A DNA stretch of 64,000 nucleotides from an uncultured delta proteobacterium (GTDB lineage: Bacteria > Myxococcota_A > UBA9160 > UBA4427), in the NCBI GenBank assembly GCA_963822965.1, contig CAWGJT010000006.1, positions 384,001 to 448,000 on the forward strand, in the 5' to 3' direction. Numbering within the stretch: position 1 is the first letter of the stretch; the number at the start of each line of letters is the position of its first letter. The notes under the pieces were generated by a model that was not told where the DNA came from, did not search any database, and saw only the letters and a list, made by a program, of their open reading frames with translations. Of the stretch, positions 46,907 to 55,665 are shown one piece after another. Made by a program: the position numbers and the translations under genes.

Positions 46907-48242
46907 ATGACCCCCGCTCCCCTGCGCAGAGGCTCCCGACTCGGGAAGTACGCCCTCGAGAAGAAGCTCGGGAGCGGCAGCTTCGCAACGGTGTGGGAGG
47001 CCCGGGACACCATCGAGAAGCGCCGCGTCGCCCTGAAGATCGCCAACCCCGAGGTGATCGCCGAGTGGGGGCCCGAGGCCGTCGAGCACGAGGCCCGCAT
47101 CGCGAGCCGGCTCTCGCATCCGAACATCGTCGCCGTGCGCAACGCCGACTGGATCGACGGCCGCTTCGTGATCGTCACGGATCTGGCGAAGAAGTGCCTC
47201 TCCGAGGCGCCCGGCATCCGGCGCTCCGGACGCCTCGCCCTCCAGGTCGATCCGGGACGTCGCCGCGGGCCTCGCCTACGCGCACTCGAAGAACGTGCTG
47301 CACCGGGACGTGAAGCCCGAGAACATCCTGCTCTTCGAGGACAACCGGGCCGCGCTCACGGACTTCGGCGTCTCGCGCTTCGCCAAGGCCGCCAGCCAGA
47401 CCTACACCGAAGCCGGCACCCTGGGCTACATGGCGCCCGAGCAGGCCTACGGCCGGCCGCGGCTGGCCTCGGACGTCTTCTCCCTCGGGCTGCTGGCCTA
47501 CGAGCTCATCACCGGCACCCTCCCCAGCTGGCCCTTCGAATGGCCGCCGAAGCACATCGAGCGCTTTCGGGAGCGCGTCCCGGCGCCGGTCCGGGCGGTG
47601 CTGCGGAAGGCGGCGGAGTTCGACCCCCACCGCCGCTACCCCGACGCCATCGCCTTCCATCGCGCCCTCGAGAACGCCTTCCGGCAGGTGGAGCAGGAAC
47701 GTCCCCGGCGACGCCCTTCGAAGCGCCGGACCCGCAAGCCCGCCCTGTCCCCGCTGGCCGTGGAGGCCGCCCAGTTCAAGCGCCGTCACGGCGCGGCGCT
47801 CGAGCTCCGCTATCGCTGTCACCGCTGCGACGGGCCCATCTCGGAAGCCATGAGCCACTGCCCCTGGTGCGGCAGCGCGGACAACTCCCTGCGCGAGGTC
47901 ACCGTCTACCCGCTGTACTGCCCGGAGTGCGAGCACGGGGTCCTGCCGGAGTGGACGAGCTGTCCGTGGTGCTATGCGGGTCGCTTCGAGGGCAACGGCC
48001 GCCCCCCGCGCCCGGATCCCAAGGCGGAGCGCCACTGCACCCGCAAGGGCTGCCCGGGGGAGCTGCGCCCGTTCATGCGCTACTGCCCGGTCTGCAAGCA
48101 GAAGCCCCGGCGCGTCTGGTCCCACGCTCACCTACCGGACCGCTGCCCGCGCTGCCGCTGGCCGGTGTCGAAGACCTCCTGGCGCTTCTGCCCCTGGTGC
48201 GGGCGTCGCGAGCCGCGGGCCGGGACCTTCACCGGATCCTGA
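46907..48242 (+). CDS. Hanks-type Ser/Thr protein kinase with C-terminal zinc ribbons; +1 frameshift near 47248
   Basis: First frame: LGSGSFATVW, VALK, HEARIASRLSHPNIV. Second frame: IRDVAAGLAYAH..LHRDVKPEN, DFG, GTLGYMAPE, eight CxxC-type knuckles. Confidence 0.9.
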
Positions 48243-48301
48243 AGCCGGCTTCGTCCGGATCGGGGCCTTCCCGCTCGCGGCGCGGCTCCGCGACACGCGG
48301 C

Positions 48302-49120
48302 TCAGGTCCTTCGATACAGGATGAAGGTGAGGTCGTCGGGCTTGCAGGGCAGGCCCTCGGCGGGCTCCTCCATGCGCCGGATGGCCGTGGCGGCGAGCCG
48401 CGACGCCACCTGCTCCAGGGGCTTCACCCGAATCGTGTCGACGATCTCCGCCAGGCGGAGATTGTCGAAGACTCCGTCGGTGGCGAGCAGCACCGTATCC
48501 CGGCGCGCGAGGGCCAGCGGGCTGCCCACCTCGATGCGCATCTCCGCCGAGCCGATCATGTTCGAGACGAGGTGACGCTCGTCGTGGTGGAGCGCCTCCT
48601 CGTGCTCGAGCATCCCCGACTCGACCGCGTAGCCCACGGGCGAGTGGGAGACGGTCTGCAGCTTGATCCGGCCCCGCTGCCCCACCACCAGGATCTCCGA
48701 ATCCCCCACGTGGTACGGACGCAGGGTGTCGACGAAGAGCTCGGCGGCCGCGAGGGTCGTGCCCGCGCCGATCCCCAGCTCGAGCACCCGTCGGTTGGCC
48801 TCGTCGAGACCGTCGAGGATCGCGGTGCGCGCGGCGCTCGCGGCATCCGGGGCCCGGGAGAGCGCGTCGCGCAGGCACTCGAGCGCCAGGCGGGAGGCAT
48901 TGGCGCCGCCGGCCTGGCCTCCCAGCCCGTCCGCCACCGCCAGCACCCCACCCGCCTCCAGCAGGAACGAGCCCGCCGCGTCCTGGTTCTGGCTCTTGCC
49001 CGGATTCCGGCGCGAGAAGATCACCGCCTCGCCGCCGGGCAGGTGCAGGGGCTCGGGCTCGCTCATGTCGGCGTCGGTGAAGATGCGGACGGGGGGCATG
49101 GGGGTGGGCGTCTCGCTCAT
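48302..49120 (-). CDS. PP2C-family Ser/Thr phosphatase
   Basis: NQDA, VADGLGG, HVGDS, LATDGVFD, KPDDLT. Confidence 0.93.
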   Translation of the reverse strand: MSETPTPMPPVRIFTDADMSEPEPLHLPGGEAVIFSRRNPGKSQNQDAAGSFLLEAGGVLAVADGLGGQAGGANASRLALECLRDALSRAPDAASAARTAILDGLDEANRRVLELGIGAGTTLAAAELFVDTLRPYHVGDSEILVVGQRGRIKLQTVSHSPVGYAVESGMLEHEEALHHDERHLVSNMIGSAEMRIEVGSPLALARRDTVLLATDGVFDNLRLAEIVDTIRVKPLEQVASRLAATAIRRMEEPAEGLPCKPDDLTFILYRRT

Positions 49121-49240
49121 CGGGATCGCCTCTTCGCGCGCGGTCGGACGGATCGTGGCTCGTTCGAAACCACATTCATCCACAGCGGGTTGGCCGCCTC
49201 GACGCATGATCCACATGAGGTCGAGGGGGAGCCAACGGCC

Positions 49241-50176
49241 CTACTTGAAGCGCACCCGCGAGCCCACCTGGACGCTCTGGGCCTGCGCGATGGGCGGAAT
49301 GGCCTGGCCTTCGAGACAACGACCGACAGCGTTGCAGTGGGCGACGACCACGCCGACCGAGGCCTCCGGAAAGACGTTCACCACCACGAACTTCGCCAGG
49401 TAGCGCTCGACCCGGGTGTAGCGATCCTCCTCGACCACGAAGCCCACCGCGCCCCGAGCCACCCGCTGCTCGCTCCCGCCGCTGATCGTCAGCTTCACGT
49501 CCGGCTCGTCCAGGCTCAGCTCGCTCACCACGATCTCCTGCTGGGCCATCACCGCGGGATCGACGAAGCTCCGACCCAACGCGGCGGCCAGCTTCTCGAA
49601 GTCCCGGCGCACGAGGGCGCCGGACCGGAGTCCGATGCGGGCGCTGCCGCTCGCCACCACCATCTGCGTGTACGGATCCACCACGCGGTAGTCCACGTCG
49701 AACTGGCCGTTGCCCTTCGCGTCCCGGGAGATGGACGTGATGGAGCTCTCGAGCACGCCGTCCACCATGCCCCGCAGATCGCCATACGGGTCGGGCGACG
49801 CCGCGGGAGCCGCCGACACCGTCTTCGACGGGGCGGCTGCGGCGACGGCGGGTAGCTCCGGCGCCGACGAGGGCCGACCGTCGTAGAGCCCGAAGCGGCC
49901 TCCGGCGTGCAGCGCGGTCACCAGCACCTCGCCGGACGCGTCGGCCACGGCCGCGGCCTCGCCGGTCTGGTCGACGAAGGCGCGGACGGCGATGCGATAC
50001 TGCTGGGTGCGCGGGGTCAGGAAGCTCGGCGGCAGCACCATCTCCGCCAGGGGCGGCTGGGCCGGGGGCATCTCGATCGTGCGTCCCACCGTCTGGCAGC
50101 CCGGCGCCAACGCCGCTGCGAGCCATACGGAGGCGAGCGCGCCGCCGCGCCGGAGGCGAGCGCGAATGGCCGGCAT
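49241..50176 (-). CDS. Lipoprotein with CsgG/TolB-N-like domain and FlgT-C-like beta domain
   Basis: Lipobox LAPGC; RIAVRAFVDQTG..LVTALHAGGRF..DGVLESSITS..VDYRVVDPYT; C-terminus ..VQVGSRVRFK. Confidence 0.6.
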   Translation of the reverse strand: MPAIRARLRRGGALASVWLAAALAPGCQTVGRTIEMPPAQPPLAEMVLPPSFLTPRTQQYRIAVRAFVDQTGEAAAVADASGEVLVTALHAGGRFGLYDGRPSSAPELPAVAAAAPSKTVSAAPAASPDPYGDLRGMVDGVLESSITSISRDAKGNGQFDVDYRVVDPYTQMVVASGSARIGLRSGALVRRDFEKLAAALGRSFVDPAVMAQQEIVVSELSLDEPDVKLTISGGSEQRVARGAVGFVVEEDRYTRVERYLAKFVVVNVFPEASVGVVVAHCNAVGRCLEGQAIPPIAQAQSVQVGSRVRFK

Positions 50177-51261
50177 CAGCGTCCCTCCACGGCGGCCGTC
50201 GGCGGGAACGCGGTGCCCGAGACGGGCTTCAGGTAGCGATCCGCGTAGCTGGCCGCCTCGGGATGGTTCGGGCTCCGCCGGGCCAGGCGCCAGTGCTCCA
50301 TGGCCGCGTCCGACATGCCGAGCTGCTGGTAGGCGTAGCCGCACCAGACGTTGACGTCGGCGTCCAGGCGACCCACCGCCGCCCCGATGGCGGTCGCCCG
50401 TTCGCAGTCCTCGCGCCACCGGCCGTCGGCCCGGACGCCCTGCACCGCCCCGAGCACGGCGAGCTGCACGCGGTAGAAGCGACGCGCCCACTCGCGCCCC
50501 GGCGGCGGATGGGTCTCGAGGATGGCGGGCACGTCCGAGCCACCCACCTCCTCGGTCACCCGGGAGGCGAGATCGAAGTACGGCGACAGGTGGTCCGTCG
50601 CGCAGCCGTCGTCCTCGAGGCTTCGCTTCAGAGCCGTGATGGTCTGCGCCCGAGACAGCACCAGCATGCCCTCGGAGAGCGCCAGCCCGGCGATTCGCGG
50701 CCGGTGCGGGTTCAGCGCGTACCCGTTCCGCAGCACCTGGAAGGCGGTGTACTCCCGCGCCAGGTCGGCGGCCATCGCCCAGGCCGCCGCAATGTTGGTG
50801 TCGACCGGAAGGCCGGGCTTCAGGGACTCGAACACGGCAAGACGCGGGCGGACGCACCGCGCCGCGTCCCTCGGACAGCCCGCCTGGCCGGGAGCGAGCG
50901 TCTCGTAGGCATCGACGCACGCCAGCGCGGCGTCGCTCTCGAGCGACGACGGGCGCCGGGAGACCGAACGATCCACGTGCGCCGACCAGCACTCCACGGC
51001 CGTCGCCGAAGGCGTCTGGCCCAGGGCCGCACAGGGCGCCGCCTCGCCGCTGTCCTCGAAGCGCACGTGCAGGCCGGGCACCGACGGCACCACCCGGAAC
51101 GCCTCGTCGGCGGCGGCCGGTGAGGCGGGGAAGACGCCGGGCAGCAGCGCGAGCGCGGTGGTCACGCCCCACGCGAGGAGCCCGGAGCCAGCCCGGCGAA
51201 CGGCGCGCGGCGGCCGGATCGCGGAGCGGAAGTGTCGCTGGATGGTCGCCTTGGCCCGCAT
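50176..51261 (-). CDS. Secreted Cys-rich hypothetical protein with a C-terminal TPR-like motif
   Basis: Signal ending ASPAAA, several Cys pairs, WCGYAYQQLGMSDAAMEHWRLARRSPNHPEA; TGATG-coupled to the next gene. Confidence 0.65.
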   Translation of the reverse strand: MRAKATIQRHFRSAIRPPRAVRRAGSGLLAWGVTTALALLPGVFPASPAAADEAFRVVPSVPGLHVRFEDSGEAAPCAALGQTPSATAVECWSAHVDRSVSRRPSSLESDAALACVDAYETLAPGQAGCPRDAARCVRPRLAVFESLKPGLPVDTNIAAAWAMAADLAREYTAFQVLRNGYALNPHRPRIAGLALSEGMLVLSRAQTITALKRSLEDDGCATDHLSPYFDLASRVTEEVGGSDVPAILETHPPPGREWARRFYRVQLAVLGAVQGVRADGRWREDCERATAIGAAVGRLDADVNVWCGYAYQQLGMSDAAMEHWRLARRSPNHPEAASYADRYLKPVSGTAFPPTAAVEGR

Positions 51262-51345
51262 CGTCCCCCCCAGAACGAGTGCCGCCTGCCGGCGGCGCGG
51301 TCGGCAGGACGGTATCACAGGCGCGGTGCGGCGCCTGCCCGGGCG

Positions 51346-51418
51346 CTCCCAAGAGGAGAACGCTCAGCGTTGTCCTCAGGTTGCAGGTCAGCGCCCCAGC
51401 GGGGCGCTGACCGCTCAG
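51346..51418 (-). repeat. Dispersed double-hairpin repeat, copy 2
   Basis: Reverse complement CTGAGCGGTCAGCGCCCCGCTGGGGCGCTGACCTGCAACCTGAGGACAACGCTGAGCGTTCTCCTCTTGGGAG matches 27778-27849. Confidence 0.9.
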
Positions 51419-52071
51419 GAGCCCTTGCGGCCCAGCATTCGGCCCCGGATCTCCTCGAAATCGACCCCCAGGAAGACGGCCTCGGCGTCCGCGGTGAGAG
51501 TCGCCCCCGCATGACAGGTCGCGCGCGCGATCACCCGCCGCCCCCGGTCCTCGTGGACCCAGGCCGTGAAGCGGAGCTCCTCGTCGAGGGGGGTAATGCT
51601 GCGATAGCGGACCTGCAGCGAGGCGGTCACGCCCGCCTTGCCGACGAGCTGTTGGGCCTGGCCCAGGAGATCGTCGAAGAGGGCCGCCACCCAGCCGCCG
51701 TGGACGCCGTGGGGCGGCCCCTCGTAGGCGGGGCCCAGCGTCGCCGTCGCCTCCAGGGTCCGGGAGCCGTCCTCGCCGATCGTCGGCGGCCGACTCACCA
51801 GCGGCGGCGCGATGGGATTCAGGCGGCCGCGGATCGGGCTCTGATCCGTATAGGCGCGGCGCGCGTCCGCGCTGGGGTCGCCGGGCGGCGACTCGGCGTC
51901 GTACCAGCGCGGCCGCCGCGGTCCCGCCAGGCATCGGTGCAGGGACTCGGCCAGCGCGTGCGCCTGCGCGAGCCCATCGAGGGGTACGTCGTTCCAGGCC
52001 AGGTCCGCGATCGCGGACCGCAGCTCGTCGGCCAGGGCGGCAGCCTGCTGCCGGCGTTCCGCTTCGCTCAT
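51415..52071 (-). CDS. PaaI-family hotdog thioesterase
   Basis: SPIRGRLNPIAPP, YEGPPHGVHGGWVAALFDDLLG, TASLQVRYRSITPL. Confidence 0.9.
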   Translation of the reverse strand: MSEAERRQQAAALADELRSAIADLAWNDVPLDGLAQAHALAESLHRCLAGPRRPRWYDAESPPGDPSADARRAYTDQSPIRGRLNPIAPPLVSRPPTIGEDGSRTLEATATLGPAYEGPPHGVHGGWVAALFDDLLGQAQQLVGKAGVTASLQVRYRSITPLDEELRFTAWVHEDRGRRVIARATCHAGATLTADAEAVFLGVDFEEIRGRMLGRKGS

Positions 52072-52098
52072 GGATCGTCCGTCTCGCGGGTCCGGGAC

Positions 52099-53730
52099 TC
52101 AGGCGCCGGCGTCCGCGCCGTGATCTTGGACGTACTGCCTGGCCCACTTGTAGTCGGCCTTGCCGTTGACCGCGCGCCGCACCTCCTCCGCCAGGAAGAG
52201 CTGCTTGGGCACCTTGTAGGCGGCGATCTTCGTTCGCGTGAAGTCGCGCACGTCCTGGGCGGACGCGGTGGCGCCGGGCGCCAGCGAGGCCACCGCCGTC
52301 ACGCGCTCGCCGAACTTCTCGTCCGGGACCCCGACCACGAGGCAGTCGACCACGTCCGGATGGAGCTTCACGGCCTCCTCCACCTCCTCGGGGTAGATCT
52401 TCTCCCCCGCCGAGTTGATGCACTGGGAGCCGCGGCCCAGCAACGTGAGCGACCCGTCCGCCTCGACGATCGCCCAGTCTCCGGGAAACGAGTACCGCAC
52501 GCCGCCGATGGTCTTGAAGGTCGTGCGAGACTTGGCCTCGTCCTTGTAGTAGCCGATGGGAACGTTGCCCCCGGCCGCCACCATGCCCGCCTCGCCCGAG
52601 CCCGGCTCGACGAGCCTCTCGTCCTCGGTGAACACCTTCGTGGTGGGCGCCATCGCGAACTTCGCGGTCGCGCCGATGTTGCCCCGGGTCGTGATCTGGG
52701 TGCCCATGGTGCCCTCGGTGGAGCCCATGGCGTCGATCAGGATGAAGTCCTGCCACTCGAGCAGCTGCTGCTTCACCTCGGCGGTCCACATCACGCCCGA
52801 GGAGACGATGAAGCGGATCGACGACGTGTCGTAGGGACGGCCGGCCTGCCTGGCCTCCTCGAGGGTGCGCAACATGGGCTTCGCGAAGGCGTCGCCCACG
52901 ATCACGAGCAGCATCGCCTTCTCGCGCTGCGCGGTGGCCCACAGCTCGTGGGCGTCCAGGGATCGGCCCTCCAGGGCGACGACCGTCCCCCCCGCGGTGT
53001 GGGGCATCATGGTGCCGATCCAGCCGCCGGTGCCGTGCATCATCGGGCAGCCGGGAATCGAGACGGCGCCGCGCTCCTCCTTCCACGCCTGGGCGACGGC
53101 CGGCGCGATGGCGGCGGCCTCCTGGGGCATGCCCAGGCCGAGTACGGGAAAGATCGAGCCGATGAACGACTGGACCATGCCGCCCATGTTGTACATGACG
53201 CCTTTGGGCATGCCGGTGGTGCCCCCGGTGTACAGCATGTAGACGTCGTCCTCGGAGCGCCGGATGCGGGGCGCGGGCTCGTACGACGCGAGCAGCTTCT
53301 CGTAGGACGCGGCCCCGGCGATGGACTCGCCGCCGTCGTCCACCTGGATCCAGAGCCGGATCTTCGGGCAACGGTCCATCACCCGCGCGACCCGGTCGGA
53401 CAGGCTGGTGTGGAAGACCAGGGCCTCGGCGTCCGAATTGTCGAGCAGGTAGAGCAGCTCGTCGTCCAGGTAGCGGTAGTTGATGTTGATCGGAACGTGC
53501 CGGCCCTTGAAGGCCCCGAACTGCACCTCGGAGTACTCGCAGCCGTTGTAGAGGTAGAGACCGACCTTGGCGTCCGGCGCCAGGCCGGCGTCCGCGAAGG
53601 CCGCCGCCAGCCGCGCGGCGCGCTCGTCCCACTGCTGCCAGGTCACCCGGCGGGTGCCACAGACGAGCGCGGGGTTGTCACCGATGGCGTCGGCGATGGA
53701 TTCCCAGACGGTGGCGAAGTGCATCTCCAT
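52099..53730 (-). CDS. Acyl-CoA synthetase (FadD19-like)
   Basis: MLYTGGTTGMPKGV, MGSTEG, PGDWA, GRGSQCINSAGEKIYPEEVE, NGKADY; own AGGAG RBS before ATG 53730. Confidence 0.92.
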   Translation of the reverse strand: MEMHFATVWESIADAIGDNPALVCGTRRVTWQQWDERAARLAAAFADAGLAPDAKVGLYLYNGCEYSEVQFGAFKGRHVPININYRYLDDELLYLLDNSDAEALVFHTSLSDRVARVMDRCPKIRLWIQVDDGGESIAGAASYEKLLASYEPAPRIRRSEDDVYMLYTGGTTGMPKGVMYNMGGMVQSFIGSIFPVLGLGMPQEAAAIAPAVAQAWKEERGAVSIPGCPMMHGTGGWIGTMMPHTAGGTVVALEGRSLDAHELWATAQREKAMLLVIVGDAFAKPMLRTLEEARQAGRPYDTSSIRFIVSSGVMWTAEVKQQLLEWQDFILIDAMGSTEGTMGTQITTRGNIGATAKFAMAPTTKVFTEDERLVEPGSGEAGMVAAGGNVPIGYYKDEAKSRTTFKTIGGVRYSFPGDWAIVEADGSLTLLGRGSQCINSAGEKIYPEEVEEAVKLHPDVVDCLVVGVPDEKFGERVTAVASLAPGATASAQDVRDFTRTKIAAYKVPKQLFLAEEVRRAVNGKADYKWARQYVQDHGADAGA

Positions 53731-54492
53731 GAACCTTGGGGGCTCCTGCTTCCGATCCGCGAAAAGGTCCGCGGTGCCGGCTCGAGATGATGGCACAGGC
53801 CGCTGCCCGGAGCCGTGGCCGGCGTGGGGCTCGAGCACGGAGAGCGCCCGACGATGGAGGCTCCGCTTGAGCGCCCCGTACGTTGCACGATCCTTGCCCG
53901 CGAGGGGCACCACGCGAGCCAGGCTCCGGCGGAAGAGCGCCTTCGCCCCGCTGGCCTCGTCTACCAGCCCGAGCGCCGCGGCCTCGCGGCCTCCGTAGCG
54001 CTGGCTCGAGCGCAGCACCGGCTCCCGGACGTGCGGCGCGAGCTTCTGGTGCACCAGGGCGGTCATGGCGAGCTCGAGGGATGGCCCGGGATCGGCCTGC
54101 ACCCGGCACCAGCGGGCGCGGTCCGCGCGCATACACTGGAAGTCGCACGCCAACGCGATCCCCGCACCGATCCCGAAGGCGTCTCCCCCCACGGCCGCGG
54201 CGGACGGCACGGGAAACGCGAGCAGCCGTGCGAGCAGCGCGATGGCGCCGCCGACCACGTCCGCCGACGGAGCGCGCATCGCTTCGGGATCGAAGCCCGG
54301 GCAGAACCGCCCCCCAGTGCCGGTCACCACGAAGCAGGCGTCCCCCCTGGTCGCCTCGAGCCGATCGAGGCAGCCGTGGAGCTCCTCGACGAACGTCGCG
54401 TCCACCCGACCGTCGCCGTGCAGGCGCACCCGGAACGCCCCGTCCCCGACACCCTCCAGGCTCGCCCGGGTCACCGCCTCGAGCCTCGCCAT
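53731..54492 (-). CDS. Degenerate enoyl-CoA isomerase (crotonase-fold) region, read in frame into the downstream ligase without a stop
   Basis: VVTGTGGRFCPGFD, LLAFPVPSAAAVGGDAFGIG..LACD..MRADR, RYGGREAAALGLVD, GKDRATYGALK. Confidence 0.75.
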
Positions 54493-54638
54493 CGCAGGGT
54501 CCTTCTCATGGAGTGCTTCTCTCTGAGCTTCTTCTCATGGTCGAGGTGTCGCGAGCGCGGCGCGTCCCCCCCGCCCGGCGGGCGGGAACACGGCAGACTA
54601 TGCTCTTCCGTTCGCGGACGCCGGCGGAGAACGAGCAC

Positions 54639-55232
54639 ATGAAGGGACCCCGGGTCGCCGTCGTCACCTCCCTCGCCCTGGCCGCACTCGCGGGCCTGCA
54701 GCTCGCGGTGTGGGGCGCCGGGGAGGAGGGAATCCGGGTGCTGGTGCGCTCGAGCGCGCGCAGCTCCGTGCTCCTCTTCGCCCTCGCCTTCACCGCCTCG
54801 AGCCTGCGGACCTTCTGGCAGAACGGCGCGACGAAGTGGCTCCTCGCGAACCGCCGCTACCTGGGCATCTCGTACGCCGTCTCCCACGCCATCCACCTGC
54901 TGGCGCTGGTGGCGCTCTACGACGCGTCGAGCGAGTTCGCCACGGCCCTCTCCCCGATCACCGTGGTGGGCGGCGGAATCGCCTACGCGTTCACGGCGGC
55001 CATGGCCCTCACCTCGAGCGACGCCGCAGTGGCCGCGCTGGGACGCCGGCGATGGAGCCTGCTCCACACCGTCGGCGGCTGGTACATCTGGATCATCTTC
55101 GCCCAGAGCTATCTGCCCCGCGCCTTCCTGTACCCCGCCTACCTGCCCGCGGCGTTGGTGGTGCTGGCCGTGCCGGCGCTGCGCTTCGCGCGCCGCCTGC
55201 GGCGGGGCGTGAGCCGCCCCCAGGCCGCGTGA
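54639..55232 (+). CDS. Ferric-reductase-like transmembrane protein (MsrQ-like)
   Basis: NRRYLGISYAVSHAIH, MALTSSD, LGRRRWSLLH; multiple TM helices. Confidence 0.75.
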   Translation: MKGPRVAVVTSLALAALAGLQLAVWGAGEEGIRVLVRSSARSSVLLFALAFTASSLRTFWQNGATKWLLANRRYLGISYAVSHAIHLLALVALYDASSEFATALSPITVVGGGIAYAFTAAMALTSSDAAVAALGRRRWSLLHTVGGWYIWIIFAQSYLPRAFLYPAYLPAALVVLAVPALRFARRLRRGVSRPQAA

Positions 55233-55665
55233 CCCCATCCGACCCCGGCGGCGTCGGTCGCCGACCCATGGCGGATCGGGCCGCAGCCGCCCGGGGGGGG
55301 CCGCTGTCGGGGCCCGCAGAGCCGTCGGATTCTGCTGGCCCGGCGCGGCGCGGGCGGCGGCCCTCACGCGGGCCGGCGGGGGACCGGCGGCAGGTCACCG
55401 GACGGGGAGCGGCACCTCGAGGGCAATCCGGCCCTCGGACCCCGCCGATCGTGACACCCGGCGGACCTCCGGGTCGACCCACGAACGGGGCACCCGAGTG
55501 ACCGGCGGCCACTCCCGATTTAACCCCTCGAACGACCAATTCTATTGCAGGAACGAGCCCTTTCGTGCTCAAATGGCCGCACTCCCCCGCTCGCAGTCAC
55601 GAACCGGACGAAGCCGGCCCCACGAACCCGGCCCGGCCAGAAGACAGGAAAGGCACCCGCCCATC

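Noticed and set aside
47240..47260. Programmed ribosomal frameshift in the kinase (and in pepN)
   Set aside because: No slippery sequence or evident stimulatory element; a single-base sequencing insertion is more parsimonious
49241..53632. 1463-aa ORF
   Set aside because: Only the last 311 aa (from ATG 50176) look like protein; the rest overlaps three real genes out of frame
55233..55500. ncRNA in the long GC-rich intergenic region
   Set aside because: Only short chance-level stems; no tRNA, riboswitch or other recognisable motif
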